In this document: piece by piece, positions 62,460 through 64,000 of the stretch
Layout: each line of letters opens with the position of its first letter
Numbering within the stretch: position 1 is the stretch's first letter
The notes under the pieces: generated by a model
What the model was told of the DNA's origin: nothing
The model's database searches: none
Seen by the model: only the letters and a program-made list of their open reading frames with translations
Translations under genes and position numbers: made by a program
DNA from: a bacterium
GTDB taxonomy: Bacteria > RBG-13-61-14 > DATKZS01
DNA: 64,000 nt
Direction: 5' to 3'
Assembly: GCA_963674965.2 (NCBI GenBank)
Contig: CAXXFL010000004.1
Location: forward strand, 32,001 to 96,000

Positions 62460-63563
62460 CTAAGATTTGCCGCGCCTGTTTTCAGCCACCAGCGTTTTTA
62501 TCAAGTGCCCTCCATTATCGAGCGGTTTTTCGCGTTCCACTCTTTTAAGCATAATGACGTCCTGGGCGCAGGCTATTGCGCAGACCCCGCAGCCCATGCA
62601 CTTGTCCGCGTCCACGACAGCCCTCTCTTCTTCATCGCTCAACTCGATTGCGTCGAACACGCATTTCTCCACGCACTCTCCGCACATGATGCAGTCGTAG
62701 GTGGCTTCGGCCACAAAGTTTGAAGGCGCGATGGATTCAGGGTTGTCCCACCTGGTCCGGCCTCTTACCTGTGAGCAGCAGCATTCACAGCAAAGACAAA
62801 TGATGCCGTGCTTCATGTCGTTGTAGTTTTCGGTTGTCGGGACCAGGCCGTAGTCCTGCATCTGGTCGAAGTACTTAATGGCCTCGTCCTTGTCCGCGCT
62901 TTTGCCGAGACCCGCGTTTTCAAAAAGTAAAGCGGACATGTTGAGCATGATGCAGCATCCCACGGGCACGTCCTTGCATTCTCTTATTCCCATTTTTTCG
63001 GTCCTGGTCCGGCAGGGGCAAGGCACCAGTCGGATTTTGTCGGCGGCCTCGATTATTTTGTGGGCGTTCTCGGAATCCAGGATGGTCTGCTCGGGATGGA
63101 GCGTCCGCTCGACCGGCACAACCCTCATCAGCTGGGTGCCCATGGCGGTACTCTCGTAGTATTTGTAATATTCGTCCTTGATGAAGAACTGCTGGTAAAG
63201 CTCGGCGGCTTTGAGGTCGTCGGGTTTTGTTTCTTCATAGAACATGTGTTGATTGACTATCCTGGGAACGGGAGGAATGATGTAACTGCCCATGAAGTCG
63301 ATTATTCGTCCTTCCTTGCCGGCGGCGGCCAGGGTCTCTTTGACCTCGTCTTCCGTAAGGCCCGAAAGCTCGGCCAGGTCTTTGGCGCTCCTGAACTGCC
63401 TGGTGTTCATTTTCAGGTGCTGTACCAGTTCGGCCTCTTTCTCCGTGTACAACAACTTCAGGAACTCGATAAAAGCCTTTGACGGCTGCCCGTCTTGTTT
63501 GGGCGCGGTCTGGGGAGCTTCATCAATGGCTTGGTATATTTTCAGATACGCTTCGTCACTCAT
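62460..63563 (-). CDS. 4Fe-4S dicluster protein (paralogue of 57759-58826)
   Basis: CPCR, CLCCECCC, CIMCGECVEKC, CMGCGVCAIAC. Confidence 0.88.
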   Translation of the reverse strand: MSDEAYLKIYQAIDEAPQTAPKQDGQPSKAFIEFLKLLYTEKEAELVQHLKMNTRQFRSAKDLAELSGLTEDEVKETLAAAGKEGRIIDFMGSYIIPPVPRIVNQHMFYEETKPDDLKAAELYQQFFIKDEYYKYYESTAMGTQLMRVVPVERTLHPEQTILDSENAHKIIEAADKIRLVPCPCRTRTEKMGIRECKDVPVGCCIMLNMSALLFENAGLGKSADKDEAIKYFDQMQDYGLVPTTENYNDMKHGIICLCCECCCSQVRGRTRWDNPESIAPSNFVAEATYDCIMCGECVEKCVFDAIELSDEEERAVVDADKCMGCGVCAIACAQDVIMLKRVEREKPLDNGGHLIKTLVAENRRGKS

Positions 63564-63625
63564 TCTCTCTCTCCTGTTTTTTGCAGGTCATTTTGGGATG
63601 GCCGAAGACGCGCGGGATTAATTCA

Positions 63626-64000
63626 TCATCCTGGCGTTATTCCTTTTTTCATCTGGTCTACTATATCCGCAGGGACGGTATCGTTAGCATTTCTGAACTC
63701 TATATCGGGTTTGCCTCCCACAATCTCTATTGCCCTTCTGATTACCCTGTCGTCCATCACATTGTTAAAATCATTGCGCACGAGCTTCTCGGCCCTGGCC
63801 GCGTGTTTTGGACCGCCCAGCATCATTACTACTCCCCGGTTGAAGGACGTTACCGACATCTGGCTGGTGTAGGGGTCCTTGAGTGAAGACTTCTCATTGC
63901 TTGGCGCGATCTTACGGTTTTCGAGCAGCCAGGCCAGGCTGGTCATGTCGTGAGCAAGCAATGAACGGGAGGCGATGACAAGACCGGTCTCCGGCTCGAC
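63626..64000 (-). CDS. C-terminal part of a gene running off the window, possibly DUF362-like
   Basis: Frame open to the window end: VEPETGLVIASRSLLAHDMTSLAWLLENR. Confidence 0.45.
   Translation of the reverse strand, partial: VEPETGLVIASRSLLAHDMTSLAWLLENRKIAPSNEKSSLKDPYTSQMSVTSFNRGVVMMLGGPKHAARAEKLVRNDFNNVMDDRVIRRAIEIVGGKPDIEFRNANDTVPADIVDQMKKGITPG

Overview
GC-rich bacterial chromosome segment, probably from a deltaproteobacterial lineage (Myxococcota/Desulfobacterota-like; inferred from MglA, a RomX-like gene, MshEN and DUF362 proteins). About 1-47 kb is mostly core genome: three hybrid histidine kinases, an orphan corrinoid protein, an MglA GTPase coupled to a stand-alone PocR protein, lipid/CoA enzymes, romX-rluD-pgeF, ppnN, a 1179-aa secreted phage-tail-fibre-like protein, a glycosylation cluster interrupted by an AAA ATPase/DUF4276 pair, two chemoreceptors, icd, a Tat sulfatase, an MshEN-Zn ribbon-HDOD fusion and a sphingosine-phosphate-lyase-like enzyme. 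tRNA-Ala(CGC) at 47014-47089 marks the start of an accessory region. First comes a 1.7 kb cassette bounded by a duplicated tRNA 3' end. It carries one gene that shares the fibre's N-terminal domain, ends in an FGE/C-lectin tip resembling a diversity-generating retroelement (DGR) variable region, and is followed by a hairpin-rich tail. Next are fused remnants of a serine recombinase, hsdS and hsdR, a truncated beta-oxidation operon, and an Fe-S/QueG-like/DsbA/GST operon with secreted proteins. The best candidates for undescribed biology are the modular fibre/DGR-target-like system and the MglA-PocR module. All calls come from reading motifs by eye; no database searches were run.
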